This document shows, one piece after another, positions 27,593-37,319 of a stretch of DNA of 64,000 bases. The first letter of the stretch is position 1. Every line of letters starts with the position of its first letter. Source of the DNA: Oligoflexales bacterium (GTDB lineage: Bacteria; Bdellovibrionota_B; Oligoflexia; Oligoflexales; RGVZ01); assembly GCA_044375465.1 (NCBI GenBank), contig JBILMN010000001.1:47052-111051 (forward strand), given 5' to 3'. Made by a program: the position numbers and the translations under genes. Below the pieces are notes generated by a model. The model worked only from the letters and a program-made list of their open reading frames with translations, was not told where the DNA came from and did no database searches.

Positions 27593-28560
27593 TGACGTCC
27601 TTGCGGATGATTCTCATTTCTATGATTGGCGTCCTGACCAGCACTTGTGTGACGTCAGGCGGCGGTTCTGGCTATAGCGAGCGCGTCCTTACAATCGCAT
27701 CGATTGACTTGTTTAGTCAGCAGGAACAGCCACGATCAGGCCGTTCTTGGAGCGGGGATTGGCAATTTAGAAGAGATCGCCTTGATCTCATTGACGCAAC
27801 CCTTAGAGATGTACGTCCAGATATTGTCGTGATGCAAAATGCCATGCGGCGAGCCGGAAGTGTCTCTGAATCAGACGAGTTAATTCTGAAATCCGGATCC
27901 CTAAACCGCTATGATTGGAAGGACTATACCGTTGAGACCCTGACGGAAAGCGGTGAGGATCGCATGCTGGCCGTTGCAGTCTCCAGGCCTTTGTTTCACC
28001 GAAAATTATCAGAGAATGCTCGAAACTACACGAAATTTGGTGTCGACGGTCACATGATTTATTTGCCCGTGGACGTTGACGGCAAACCGGTGATTGTTTT
28101 CAACGTGCAAATGCCCTCGAAAATTGATCAATCCGGCTTATGGTATTCTTTAATCGAAGAGCGCATCAAGGAGGCCGTGCGCGAATTTCATTCTTGTAAC
28201 GAACGCGTGATTGTTGCAGGTTATTTGCCATTTGAGCAAGAATCCAGACGATTTAAGGATTTTTTGACAGGACTGCGGCTGAAAGATACCGGATCCGGCT
28301 ACTGTCAGAGTGCGGAACGTTGCAATACCGCAAGTCCCCTGAATGGTATTTTCCTTGCGACAAGAGGCGATGAAAGCGCGTCTCAGGTCGATCGTGTCAT
28401 GACGCACGAATTGTCGCTCGTCTATGGAGCCGGTGCAAATTTCACCAGAACTATGGAATCCAGTGATTATTACGATTCGTACAGTCTGTCGCGTGTATGG
28501 CCATCCCAACGATATGGGTGGGTTGCCAGAGTTAGGATCCCAAACTGCCCGGGAAAATAA
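27592..28560 (+). CDS. Lipoprotein with endonuclease/exonuclease/phosphatase (EEP)-like features (tentative)
   Basis: The start overlaps the acd stop (TGATG). Lipobox LTSTC. RPDIVVMQNA resembles the EEP motif PD(I/V)xxLQE but has N in place of E. The assignment is weak. Confidence 0.4.
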   Translation: MTSLRMILISMIGVLTSTCVTSGGGSGYSERVLTIASIDLFSQQEQPRSGRSWSGDWQFRRDRLDLIDATLRDVRPDIVVMQNAMRRAGSVSESDELILKSGSLNRYDWKDYTVETLTESGEDRMLAVAVSRPLFHRKLSENARNYTKFGVDGHMIYLPVDVDGKPVIVFNVQMPSKIDQSGLWYSLIEERIKEAVREFHSCNERVIVAGYLPFEQESRRFKDFLTGLRLKDTGSGYCQSAERCNTASPLNGIFLATRGDESASQVDRVMTHELSLVYGAGANFTRTMESSDYYDSYSLSRVWPSQRYGWVARVRIPNCPGK

Positions 28561-28562
28561 TT

Positions 28563-29237
28563 TCAGCGAATGCTGACGAGGCCCGATAAGACCATCTCAA
28601 ATCCTTGCCGCTTCGTTGTCGATAGTGACCGCCAACGATGAGCGGAGAGCGCCATGACAAAACCCTTTTCCGTGATCATTAGCATTGACAGCCCAAGTCC
28701 TGCACCTGTGTCAATGAGTCGCGATTGATCGCGTGTGTATGGAACTTCAATTTTATTGACCGGAACCAGATAGGACAGACGGCCACAGATGCCGACATAA
28801 ATCGGGTGATAAAGACGTGTGATCCGTGTTGACTCCTGAGATAATGCGAACAAAGAGGCTTCAGACCGGTCAACCCCGTATAGCTGTTTGAATGATCCGG
28901 AGACCGATAGAGACCAACGATCTTTATAAAAGAAACGGTATTCAGCGCCCCAAGACGGGCCACCTGCGGACCACGTTTCCAATCCAAAACCCGATGGCTG
29001 ATTCTGATTGAGAATAAACCCAATGTAGCTCGGTGAAAACGCGACAGGGTCAGCCTCCAGATTGACGGAAGCTGACATCTTAACAGGCATTTTGTCGTCC
29101 GCAACGGTTTGACCGCTGGTGGATCCTGCATAAATTACGCTAAAATAACTTGATAAATATGGGAGCCAGCGTCCCAATCGAGGATTCAGGCGTGGGTGGG
29201 TCTTAGTTTTGCAGAAGCACAGCATATTAAATTTCAT
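28563..29237 (-). CDS. Hypothetical protein, beta-rich (possible small outer-membrane barrel)
   Basis: ORF with an alternating hydrophobic pattern. The start is uncertain and overlaps the divergent neighbour. Confidence 0.4.
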   Translation of the reverse strand: MKFNMLCFCKTKTHPRLNPRLGRWLPYLSSYFSVIYAGSTSGQTVADDKMPVKMSASVNLEADPVAFSPSYIGFILNQNQPSGFGLETWSAGGPSWGAEYRFFYKDRWSLSVSGSFKQLYGVDRSEASLFALSQESTRITRLYHPIYVGICGRLSYLVPVNKIEVPYTRDQSRLIDTGAGLGLSMLMITEKGFVMALSAHRWRSLSTTKRQGFEMVLSGLVSIR

Positions 29238-30534
29238 GCTTATTATATTATCGGCCCTTGCGCTGTTTACGCCAGTGTTTTCTGCCTACGTGATTGGCGT
29301 TGTCATGATGATCGTCATGATATTCGGCATGCAGAACAATCTCACAAACAATATACCAAACAACATATCAGCAGATGTCCGACGAGGCGGACTAAACATT
29401 ACAAACGACGACCTCACAAGGTACCGTAATTTTGTCGACGAGCAGACGAGACGCTCCTGTCTACTTTGGCTGCTCTTGGTGACATCGGCGAGCATTGCGG
29501 CCTTGATGACTGCTAAAGCCAATCATGGGGACTTAGTAAGAAGCATCGGTCACTTGGGTGTCAAGTATGTGCTCCTGTGGTTCGTTTTGACTCGCTTTTG
29601 GAGGCGCATCGCCGGCAAAGCAGAGATCTTAAAGCTTTTCGCTTTGACGTATGCTGCTGCTGCATTTGTCCATTTTCTGTACGCTGTTTACCAACGCCAC
29701 TCTGGAGCCGACTGGGTGCATGGCTTTTCGGCCGTTTTACCACAAGGTCGTTTTGCGTACGGCGTCTATCGTATCAGTGGATTTATGGGACACCCACTGA
29801 CCATGGGTTATTGTCAGTCCATTGCCGCCGTGTGTTGTTTCGGATTTCTGCGTGTTACAGGAAACAGGTCGGAAAAATTTGCCTGGATCCTGGCAACATC
29901 ATGCGCATCCATGGTTGTCGCACTTTCAGGATCACGAGGTCCGCAGATCGCGATGACAGCAGGAATTATGGCCTCATTGCCAATGTCTTTCTGGCGTCAA
30001 AACATCAAAAAAATACTGCTTTGCGGCATCATCGTTCTTTTTTCAGGCTACTATGCTGGGTTTTTCTTGAGATTTTTGGAAATATTCCAACGAGGTTCTG
30101 GCGGCGATATGCGCACCGTTCACTGGACGGTTTTCTGGAGGATCTTTACCGATTATCCGATTTTTGGTCTCGGGCCCGCGGCACCGCGGGAGGTAATTTC
30201 CTCCTATTATAAAGCTCTTGGAGCAAGTGATAATATAAGGCTAGCCCACAACACATGGCTGCAATTTGCAGCGGAATTCGGCTTAGTGGGTCTTGCCGGG
30301 GCTATGTATTGGTGCCACGGATGGTGGGTCTTTGGGCGTAAACTTGGACATCTCGCAGACTTGGGTCGAGGGCTTTTTGTTGTCATTATCGTCGGATCGC
30401 TGACTCAAAACAACCTGCAAGATAGCCAATTCTTATATGCGATAACGATGTGGAGCATTCTGATAGCGTTAAGAGAGGTCAGTTTCCATGACATTAGCTC
30501 CAGAAATGCAAACAATGAAGATCTCAACGCCTGA
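29209..30534 (+). CDS. O-antigen ligase/polymerase-family (Wzy_C) integral membrane protein
   Basis: About 10 TM helices, ALSGSRGPQ, and a loop with RLAHNTWLQFAAEFGLVGL typical of the WaaL/Wzy_C family. Confidence 0.7.
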   Translation: MQKHSILNFMLIILSALALFTPVFSAYVIGVVMMIVMIFGMQNNLTNNIPNNISADVRRGGLNITNDDLTRYRNFVDEQTRRSCLLWLLLVTSASIAALMTAKANHGDLVRSIGHLGVKYVLLWFVLTRFWRRIAGKAEILKLFALTYAAAAFVHFLYAVYQRHSGADWVHGFSAVLPQGRFAYGVYRISGFMGHPLTMGYCQSIAAVCCFGFLRVTGNRSEKFAWILATSCASMVVALSGSRGPQIAMTAGIMASLPMSFWRQNIKKILLCGIIVLFSGYYAGFFLRFLEIFQRGSGGDMRTVHWTVFWRIFTDYPIFGLGPAAPREVISSYYKALGASDNIRLAHNTWLQFAAEFGLVGLAGAMYWCHGWWVFGRKLGHLADLGRGLFVVIIVGSLTQNNLQDSQFLYAITMWSILIALREVSFHDISSRNANNEDLNA

Positions 30535-31282
30535 GAAAGTGGCCAGAATTCTTGAAAAAGTTGCTTCGAGTGGCATACCTCTGATTTTAAGACCATTAGG
30601 CTCGCCAAATATCGCTATCAAAGGTCGAGCCATCCCGATGACAGGATCGATATTAGTGAGTGGTCTTTGTGTCGGCAATATCAGCGATAAGGGCATGAAG
30701 TATCTTGCCGAGCAATCGGAAGGCTTTTTTCAAGTCGAATTTGTCCTCACTTCCGCAAAGGTCACATTTCAATCAAGATTGATTAAATTCAATCGTCAAG
30801 ACTGTGTACTGGCCGCACCGGCACAGTTAGTGAGCATCGAGCGTCGTAAAAACTCGAGATATCTAGTGACAGGAAACGCAAGGGCATTTATGTCCTTTGA
30901 GTCGTGGGATCCCTTACCTAATGACCTGATGAATCCCCCATTCTGGGATTCCACGAAGGAGCTCGGAACTTTGATTCCGGTCGCAGATGTCGCCGTTGGA
31001 GGTATTTCCTTGACGACAAGATTTCCCGGGGTTTGCAGAATTCTCGATCGTGGACAGGCCATTGAGTCAGGAAAAATCCATTTGCCCATGATAGGCGCAC
31101 TCCCGATTGACGTCTCTGTACGATGGTGCAAGCGTTTGCGCGAGTCGATCTCTGACAATGATGGAAAATCGCGAGTGCATCGACTCTATAAATTTGGACT
31201 GCAGTTTGTAAATATGAACCCGGATCTTGAGAAAAATATCCAAATATTCATTCAACGCATCAGTCAGGCGGACGCTATTTGA
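30488..31282 (+). CDS. PilZ-domain protein (YcgR-like architecture)
   Basis: RRKNSR (RRxxxR) and DVAVGG (DxAxxG) at the appropriate spacing, after an N-terminal domain of about 110 aa. The start may be the Met at 30515. Confidence 0.65.
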   Translation: MTLAPEMQTMKISTPEKVARILEKVASSGIPLILRPLGSPNIAIKGRAIPMTGSILVSGLCVGNISDKGMKYLAEQSEGFFQVEFVLTSAKVTFQSRLIKFNRQDCVLAAPAQLVSIERRKNSRYLVTGNARAFMSFESWDPLPNDLMNPPFWDSTKELGTLIPVADVAVGGISLTTRFPGVCRILDRGQAIESGKIHLPMIGALPIDVSVRWCKRLRESISDNDGKSRVHRLYKFGLQFVNMNPDLEKNIQIFIQRISQADAI

Positions 31283-31298
31283 CTAAGGAGAAGGCGCT

Positions 31299-32237
31299 AT
31301 GAGTATCCGTTGTTTAACTTGGTTTCTCTCGTTGACATTAAGCTCAACGCTCGCGTCGTGCGCAAGTCTCTGGACTAGTGAACCTGAAAAAAATCCTGAG
31401 CCTGAAGCCAGCCGTCCCGCCATGGTAACTTCTACTGCACCTACCGCCAAAAGCAGTAGTACGAATCAAATAGAAACATCGCAGATAACGCCCCAGTCAT
31501 CCGAAAAAACAACAGGTTTTTCGGCGAAAATTGATGGAAATCAAACATCGATCCAGGATGACGAAGCACTAAAGTACACGAGAATCATGGCCAGGCTAGA
31601 CTCTATGGATGCGGAACTACGCCGACAGAGAGAAAAATTGCGTCTATTAGAACAAGGCCTATTAACCGGTATTGCTCCAAATGATCTAAAACAGAATAAA
31701 TTGGATGCTAAAGTCAATCATGATGACTACGGATCCAGGAAAAAAACGATGGCCCGCGAGGATCTTTCGCGCTCAGAAGCACCACTGGGTAAACCTCATT
31801 TGGAAGATCTCTCCATTCCGGACCGAGAGTCATCGCGTGATGGCGTGGCAGATTCTCCTGTGATGGCAAAAATCCAATTAGCTAAAGAACACTACCAAGC
31901 CGCTCGTTTTGGTCTGGCCATTGCTGAACTCGCTGGAATCAGCCGCGAGCACGGTGACAAAGTCCAAGATGGAGCAGTTAAGTACTGGCTTGCAAAATCA
32001 TACCTGGGATTGAAAGAATACCAGACAGCTCGCGGAGAATTTGAGTCATACATTAAAAACTGGCCTTCGGGAGAGTTTATCGCAACCGCACGTCTTGACC
32101 TAGCCAAAGCTTTCGTTGGATTGGGACTGCGTGAAAGGGCCAAGAATGAGTTACGTCGTGTCGTTAAGGATTTTGAGGGTGAAGATTACGCAGAAATGGC
32201 CTCAGCTGAACTGAAAAATATTCAGGGATCTTTGTAA
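31299..32237 (+). CDS. CpoB/YbgF-like lipoprotein (second copy in the window)
   Basis: Lipobox LASCAS, coiled coil (RLDSMDAELRRQREKLRLLEQ), and a C-terminal TPR region (YWLAKSYLGLKEYQTARGEFESYIKNWP...ARLDLAKAFVGLG). Confidence 0.6.
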   Translation: MSIRCLTWFLSLTLSSTLASCASLWTSEPEKNPEPEASRPAMVTSTAPTAKSSSTNQIETSQITPQSSEKTTGFSAKIDGNQTSIQDDEALKYTRIMARLDSMDAELRRQREKLRLLEQGLLTGIAPNDLKQNKLDAKVNHDDYGSRKKTMAREDLSRSEAPLGKPHLEDLSIPDRESSRDGVADSPVMAKIQLAKEHYQAARFGLAIAELAGISREHGDKVQDGAVKYWLAKSYLGLKEYQTARGEFESYIKNWPSGEFIATARLDLAKAFVGLGLRERAKNELRRVVKDFEGEDYAEMASAELKNIQGSL

Positions 32238-33754
32238 TGCCGACCAAATTCACATCAACGAAACTGATGCTTCTGATCCCTCTGATTATCAGCAGCTTAG
32301 CGGCTGCGGAAGACAACTACAGTCTCGATGGAGGTGACACAACTCACCAAAATCCCAATTCCACCAATACAAATGATGAGAGCACAACGACTGATCAACT
32401 TATTGCTCCTGAAATCCAAACGGTTGAACCAAATGCGTCTAACCCCACTGGAGCTCCCGGTGAGAGTCCAGAACAATCATTGGCGACTCCGAATGAGGCT
32501 AAATCAAATCCAAACGTACAAGAGCAGTACCCGACGCCCCCTCAACGCAATGTCCTATCTGGAGACGGAAGTACTGCTCCCATCAGGAACTCCATGTCAC
32601 TGGATAAGAATGATTTCGGCGGTGTCGCCGCAATACCCGGAACCCGACGCAACCTTGCTCCCGGCGAGGCGCCAGAAATTTATATGGTAGAAGATGGTGA
32701 CACGATGTTTGATGTCTGTAGCCAACTGATCGATGACGGAAACTACTGGCCAAAACTCTGGGCGCTGAATCCGGATGTGCGAAACCCTCATTTTATTTAT
32801 CCGGGAATGCGTCTTGCGTTTTACAGCGGGGATAGTGATAGCCCTCCTTACATGGAAGTCGTCAGTGAGGATGAAATGATCCCGGTGGAGAAAAGTGGGA
32901 TATCTGAGGCGGAGTTGGTCGCGGAGTCGTCTGTGTCAATCCCCGCTGGCGCAGAGGGGGCAAGCGTCAAAGTACTCCAAAGCATCGAAGATCCATCCCC
33001 CGTAGCAATTGTCAGTCCCGGCGATATTGATGCCGAATCTGAATCGCAAGATGGAGTCATTTATACAGGCCGATACAGCCCCGCAGACGATTTATCCTTT
33101 ATCATGCCAGCTTTCTATTTCGCCGAGGATGTGCCAAGTTTAGGAGAAGTCGTCTCTGGCCTCAGCGGACAGCGTTTGCTAGGCGGTGAGAAAAAAGTCT
33201 ATATCAAGTCTGAAAACGATCTAAAGCCTGGCGCTTATACGATCCTTCGCCGAACAGGAAATGTTTCCAGCCTGGTTCATGACGATGACATTGGTGTTCG
33301 TTATGAATTCGCTGGACACGTTCGCTTGACGCGCAAAAGCAATACCGGGTTGATTGAGGCTTTAGTGTTCGAGAGTCGTACAGGAATCCAGCCCGAAGAC
33401 ATCGTCGTAAACTACATTTCAACTCATCGCCGCGTGAATCAGATTTCAGCTTCTGGTCCAGCTGCTACCGCTCGCTCGAGTGTCATTGGATTTACGGAAT
33501 CTGGTCAGCATGCGGGTGGAAAAGGCGATCTTGTATTCTTGGAAAAGGAGGGTCTGTCGGTTGGAGGCTTCTATTCGATATTTAGTGGTCATCGCTACCG
33601 CGACGTCAGACACCTCCGCGACGACGCTAGCATTGAGGCTCTCCCTCTGATTGGAATCATCCGAGTCATTGAAATCAGCGGCGAATCTGCCGTTGGAATA
33701 ATTGTCGCCGGAAACTCCGAAGTGCGAGTGGGTGACACTCTTTTCGCACGCTGA
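32237..33754 (+). CDS. Exported LysM-domain protein
   Basis: Signal peptide, and LysM domain YMVEDGDTMFDVCSQL...NPDVRNPHFIYPGMRLAF. The start overlaps the previous stop (TAATG). Confidence 0.7.
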   Translation: MPTKFTSTKLMLLIPLIISSLAAAEDNYSLDGGDTTHQNPNSTNTNDESTTTDQLIAPEIQTVEPNASNPTGAPGESPEQSLATPNEAKSNPNVQEQYPTPPQRNVLSGDGSTAPIRNSMSLDKNDFGGVAAIPGTRRNLAPGEAPEIYMVEDGDTMFDVCSQLIDDGNYWPKLWALNPDVRNPHFIYPGMRLAFYSGDSDSPPYMEVVSEDEMIPVEKSGISEAELVAESSVSIPAGAEGASVKVLQSIEDPSPVAIVSPGDIDAESESQDGVIYTGRYSPADDLSFIMPAFYFAEDVPSLGEVVSGLSGQRLLGGEKKVYIKSENDLKPGAYTILRRTGNVSSLVHDDDIGVRYEFAGHVRLTRKSNTGLIEALVFESRTGIQPEDIVVNYISTHRRVNQISASGPAATARSSVIGFTESGQHAGGKGDLVFLEKEGLSVGGFYSIFSGHRYRDVRHLRDDASIEALPLIGIIRVIEISGESAVGIIVAGNSEVRVGDTLFAR

Positions 33755-33816
33755 TGTTCGTCGCTATTTGATTCAATTTTGGGGATCCTCCAGGTGACTG
33801 CAACGAGGAGGTTCCT

Positions 33817-34830
33817 ATGCGTCTTGAAGATAAATTTTTCGTAATATCCCATGTAACGTGCCAGTTGTTGGGCCGTTGGCTACCCATTCCTTGTGTCGGA
33901 CTAGACCTGCAAAATGACGAATCCGTAGATATTGACTCCCAGAGCTGGCGGTCCTTCATTGAATCAGATCTTTCGTCGATGTGGCCCGTTTTGAGCTGGC
34001 TGGAGTCCCTCATACGGCAAAGAAAAATCTCCATCGAAGCCTTGAGTGAAGCAGCCGCACGTCACTGTGAAGCAGTTTTCTCTGGCGGTGGCCAGATTGT
34101 GGCTTGGTCGTCTGATATTTATCCGCCACTTTTGCGGCATGTGGCGAGGCCACCACACTGCCTTACTGTTCTTGGTAATCCACATCTATTAACCAATAGA
34201 GGCATTGCAGTGATTGGCTCACGCCGAGCGTCAGCCGAATCACTTCAAATGAGTGTCGCGGTGGGACGCTCCTTGGCTGAACTTGGGCGTGTCGTTGTCA
34301 GTGGGGGAGCTATTGGGTGTGATATTGCGGCACACGAGGGGGTTCTGCAGAACACAAAAAATCCAGCCGGAGCAATCATCGTATTTGCAGGAGGCCTATC
34401 CTCGCGCTTTCCCAGGTGCAATGAACGCGTGTTTCGATCCGTTCTCGATCACGGTGGACTTTTTGTATCGGAACGCCTTTGGTATCAGGACGTTTTACCG
34501 CGGGATTTTCCCTCGCGTAACCGTATCGTCAGTGGCATGTGTGAAGCGACAATAGTGATGGGCGCGGCCATGCGATCTGGTTCAATGATCACCGCCCAGG
34601 AAGCTCTGGAACAAGGGCGGGATGTTTTTGTTTTTGAACCCAGTGACACAGACATTCGCTTTGACGGTTCGCGCTCTCTCATTACGGAAGGTGCACAGGC
34701 ATTTAAGGAGGCTGCAGAAGTTCTGGAGCTAACTAAGTCAGCAGACCTTTTATCGCAGATAGCGCTATCTCAATCTTGCCAGATAGGGGTGGATCTTGGT
34801 ACATTTTATACAGAGACAAAATTTCACTAA
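33817..34830 (+). CDS. dprA: DNA-processing protein DprA (Smf)
   Basis: VIGSRRAS, VVSGGAIGCDIAAHEG, SRNRIVSGM and GSMITAQEALEQGRDVFV. Confidence 0.88.
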   Translation: MRLEDKFFVISHVTCQLLGRWLPIPCVGLDLQNDESVDIDSQSWRSFIESDLSSMWPVLSWLESLIRQRKISIEALSEAAARHCEAVFSGGGQIVAWSSDIYPPLLRHVARPPHCLTVLGNPHLLTNRGIAVIGSRRASAESLQMSVAVGRSLAELGRVVVSGGAIGCDIAAHEGVLQNTKNPAGAIIVFAGGLSSRFPRCNERVFRSVLDHGGLFVSERLWYQDVLPRDFPSRNRIVSGMCEATIVMGAAMRSGSMITAQEALEQGRDVFVFEPSDTDIRFDGSRSLITEGAQAFKEAAEVLELTKSADLLSQIALSQSCQIGVDLGTFYTETKFH

Positions 34831-34855
34831 ATATATCAGACAGTCAGGTATCCCC

Positions 34856-35350
34856 ATGGATGTGCGCATCGACTTCGAGGATTTCAGAGCCGTCATTGTC
34901 GCAATGGCTGATTTGGTATGTTGTCACGGTTTTTCGACAGATGATGACGGACTTCTTCGCGCTCATCTGTTAGCTAGAGGCTTTGAATTAGAACAAATCA
35001 AGGCTGCCGAAGACTGGTGTGATGTTGTTCAGGCTTCGGGATCTTTAGTCGACGTCCTCAGCGCGTTTGCATCATCCGGGTCCGGACACCGCGTTTGTAG
35101 TCCCCTGGAACGGGTCTCCGTTTCAGATGAGGTCTGGAAAACCATCGAAGACTGTCGAAGTAGAGGTATTATTTCCACTGATATGGCTGAAAGGCTACTC
35201 GAAGGCGCCAGGGCTATGGATACCAGAGATTGGGATGACGAGGATGTTCGAACGTTTATTCTCGATGCTTGTGTCGCTAACGGATTACCATCAAGTCTCA
35301 CCAAAATGCAGCAGGCGTTAGCGGGAGACTTTAAGACCTACTATTGTTGA
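34856..35350 (+). CDS. smg: Smg-like protein (DUF494)
   Basis: It sits directly after dprA, as in the enterobacterial smf-smg arrangement. Similarity to Smg is loose but collinear (LLARGFELEQIKAAEDW; RVCSPLER...IEDCRSRGIIS...ERLLEGARAMD). Confidence 0.45.
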   Translation: MDVRIDFEDFRAVIVAMADLVCCHGFSTDDDGLLRAHLLARGFELEQIKAAEDWCDVVQASGSLVDVLSAFASSGSGHRVCSPLERVSVSDEVWKTIEDCRSRGIISTDMAERLLEGARAMDTRDWDDEDVRTFILDACVANGLPSSLTKMQQALAGDFKTYYC

Positions 35351-35360
35351 CTAGAATTCC

Positions 35361-36284
35361 ATGCTGAAAAAATTTTTAAGATCATCGCAAAGCCCCCGGG
35401 CTGAAGTCGACGTGATTCAGGATTCGTCTTGGGACGCAAAGCTTCAGGCGCTACAAGGATTTTTAGAAGATGAACAGATCGATGAAATTTGGTTAGGTCC
35501 TGCGGGGTCCAACTTCGCGCGTAACCGAGACAGATCCATGAAGTCTATCCATTTACTGTGGTCATCCGATGATCTCTCAGAATTTATGATTGACCTGGCA
35601 GAACGAGTTCGGGTCCGGCTGGACCCACTGCATCCATATGGTGGCGGCATCTTTCCGGGATATCCTTGGCGTTGGCACGCCTCGATTCCACCTTTATCTC
35701 CTGATGGACCGAGGGTATCTTTGCGCCGACAAAGGTTTGAATATCTAGATCACTCTAGTTTCAAATGTGAAAATTTTTCAATTGAGGAACTTTCTCAAAC
35801 CATTCGGTCCGGGAAGACCATCTTGTTTTTCGGAGCGACCGGATCTGGTAAGACTTCACTACTGGTCCGTGTCTTGATGGACTTTTTCCACGATAGTCGT
35901 GTCGGCATCGCGGAGACTGTCGTGGAAATCCCTCTGATGTCTCCGTACTGGTTTCGCTTGACGGAAGTCCCTCAAGACGCAGGCCACAGGGGCGGAATCG
36001 TCTTTGGACGCGTCGTTGCCGAACTCATGAGAGCGACCCCGGATTTTATCGTACTCGGCGAGATCCGCGGTGCAGAAGCGGCCTATTTGGGTGATTTGGC
36101 ACGTTCAGGACATGGTGGCGTTTTGTCGACGATGCACGCAGGTTCTTTTGATGATGCCCTTGCACGCCTAGCCAGCATGGCTGGCGCAGCTTCAAACGAT
36201 CTTCCGCCCATCGTTGGCGTCCATGTTTGGCGTTCCTCTGCGGGAACTGTGCATGCAAGTCGGGTCGGATCAACTCTCAGTTAG
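35361..36284 (+). CDS. Type II/IV secretion-system-family ATPase (short VirB11/CpaF-like)
   Basis: Walker A FFGATGSGKTSLL, an IEDxxE-like motif RVGIAETVVEI, PDFIVLGEIRGAEA, and His box SGHGGVLSTMHAGS. Confidence 0.75.
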   Translation: MLKKFLRSSQSPRAEVDVIQDSSWDAKLQALQGFLEDEQIDEIWLGPAGSNFARNRDRSMKSIHLLWSSDDLSEFMIDLAERVRVRLDPLHPYGGGIFPGYPWRWHASIPPLSPDGPRVSLRRQRFEYLDHSSFKCENFSIEELSQTIRSGKTILFFGATGSGKTSLLVRVLMDFFHDSRVGIAETVVEIPLMSPYWFRLTEVPQDAGHRGGIVFGRVVAELMRATPDFIVLGEIRGAEAAYLGDLARSGHGGVLSTMHAGSFDDALARLASMAGAASNDLPPIVGVHVWRSSAGTVHASRVGSTLS

Positions 36285-37301
36285 GTATTTCTTTGCGGCA
36301 CCTGTAAGAACCCGGCCTCGAGGGGTCCGAGTAATGAGACCACGGTACACTAAATAGGGCTCGTACACATCTTCAAGAGTGTCACGGTCTTCGTTGATGG
36401 TGACCGCCAGGGTTTCGATACCCACGGGTCCACCGTCATATTGGTCTCTCATGACTTCCAAAATACGTCGATCGATGCGGTCGAGTCCGGCAGTGTCGAT
36501 ACCCTGCCTCGTCAGAGCTAAATCCGCAACCTTTCGGTCTATAACAGCGAGCCCCTCCATCTCCGCGAAATCTGCAACTCTGCGAAGCAGTCGGTTCGCA
36601 AGCCTCGGAGTTCCACGGCTGCGGCATGCAATTTCAAGAGAGGCCTCTTCAGAGAGCTGGAAACCCAGCAGCCTTGCTGTCCTGAAAAGAATCAGCTTTA
36701 GGGCCTGAGGATCATAAAACTCAAGTCGCTCTTGGATGCCAAATCTCCCGAGAAGAGGGCGGGAGAGAAGCGACAATCTTGTAGTCGCGCCGACCAACGT
36801 AAATGGAGCAACATCCATGCGCACGCTTCGCGCTGACGCTCCTTGACCGATAATGATATCAATCGTGAAGTCCTCCATAGCGCTATACAGAACTTCTTCA
36901 ATCTTTATAGACAAACGGTGAATCTCGTCGACAAATAATAATGAGCCCGGCTCCAAGCCCGTCAGAATTCCGGCAAGATCGCCCGGCTTATCGATGGCTG
37001 GTCCGCTTGTCGCCACAAACGGTACTTCCAACTCATTGGCGACAATGTTCGCAAGCGTTGTTTTACCCAATCCCGGCGCACCGTGCAGTATGACGTGATC
37101 TAATGGACGATCTCGTTTTCTAGCGGCACCCACGTATACCTGAAGATTCCTTTTTATTTCATCTTGTCCTGGATAGTCATGAAATCGAGTCGGTCTAATG
37201 GACGGCGAACGGTTTTGCAGATCTTGATCTTCGGCAGTCTCATGACTCACCGCAAGCCGCTCATTCTGGATGCTTGTTGACCTGATGATTTCCATAGTCA
37301 A
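36270..37301 (-). CDS. ruvB: Holliday junction branch-migration helicase RuvB
   Basis: LHGAPGLGKTTLA, LFVDEIHRL, TLVGATTR and the C-terminal winged helix. Confidence 0.95.
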   Translation of the reverse strand: MTMEIIRSTSIQNERLAVSHETAEDQDLQNRSPSIRPTRFHDYPGQDEIKRNLQVYVGAARKRDRPLDHVILHGAPGLGKTTLANIVANELEVPFVATSGPAIDKPGDLAGILTGLEPGSLLFVDEIHRLSIKIEEVLYSAMEDFTIDIIIGQGASARSVRMDVAPFTLVGATTRLSLLSRPLLGRFGIQERLEFYDPQALKLILFRTARLLGFQLSEEASLEIACRSRGTPRLANRLLRRVADFAEMEGLAVIDRKVADLALTRQGIDTAGLDRIDRRILEVMRDQYDGGPVGIETLAVTINEDRDTLEDVYEPYLVYRGLITRTPRGRVLTGAAKKYLTES

Positions 37302-37319
37302 AAACTCCGCAAGAGAGAA

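Noticed and set aside
29577-30212. A 211-aa alternative-frame + strand ORF.
   Set aside because: It lies wholly inside the multi-TM O-antigen-ligase-like gene and has Arg/Cys-rich nonsense composition.
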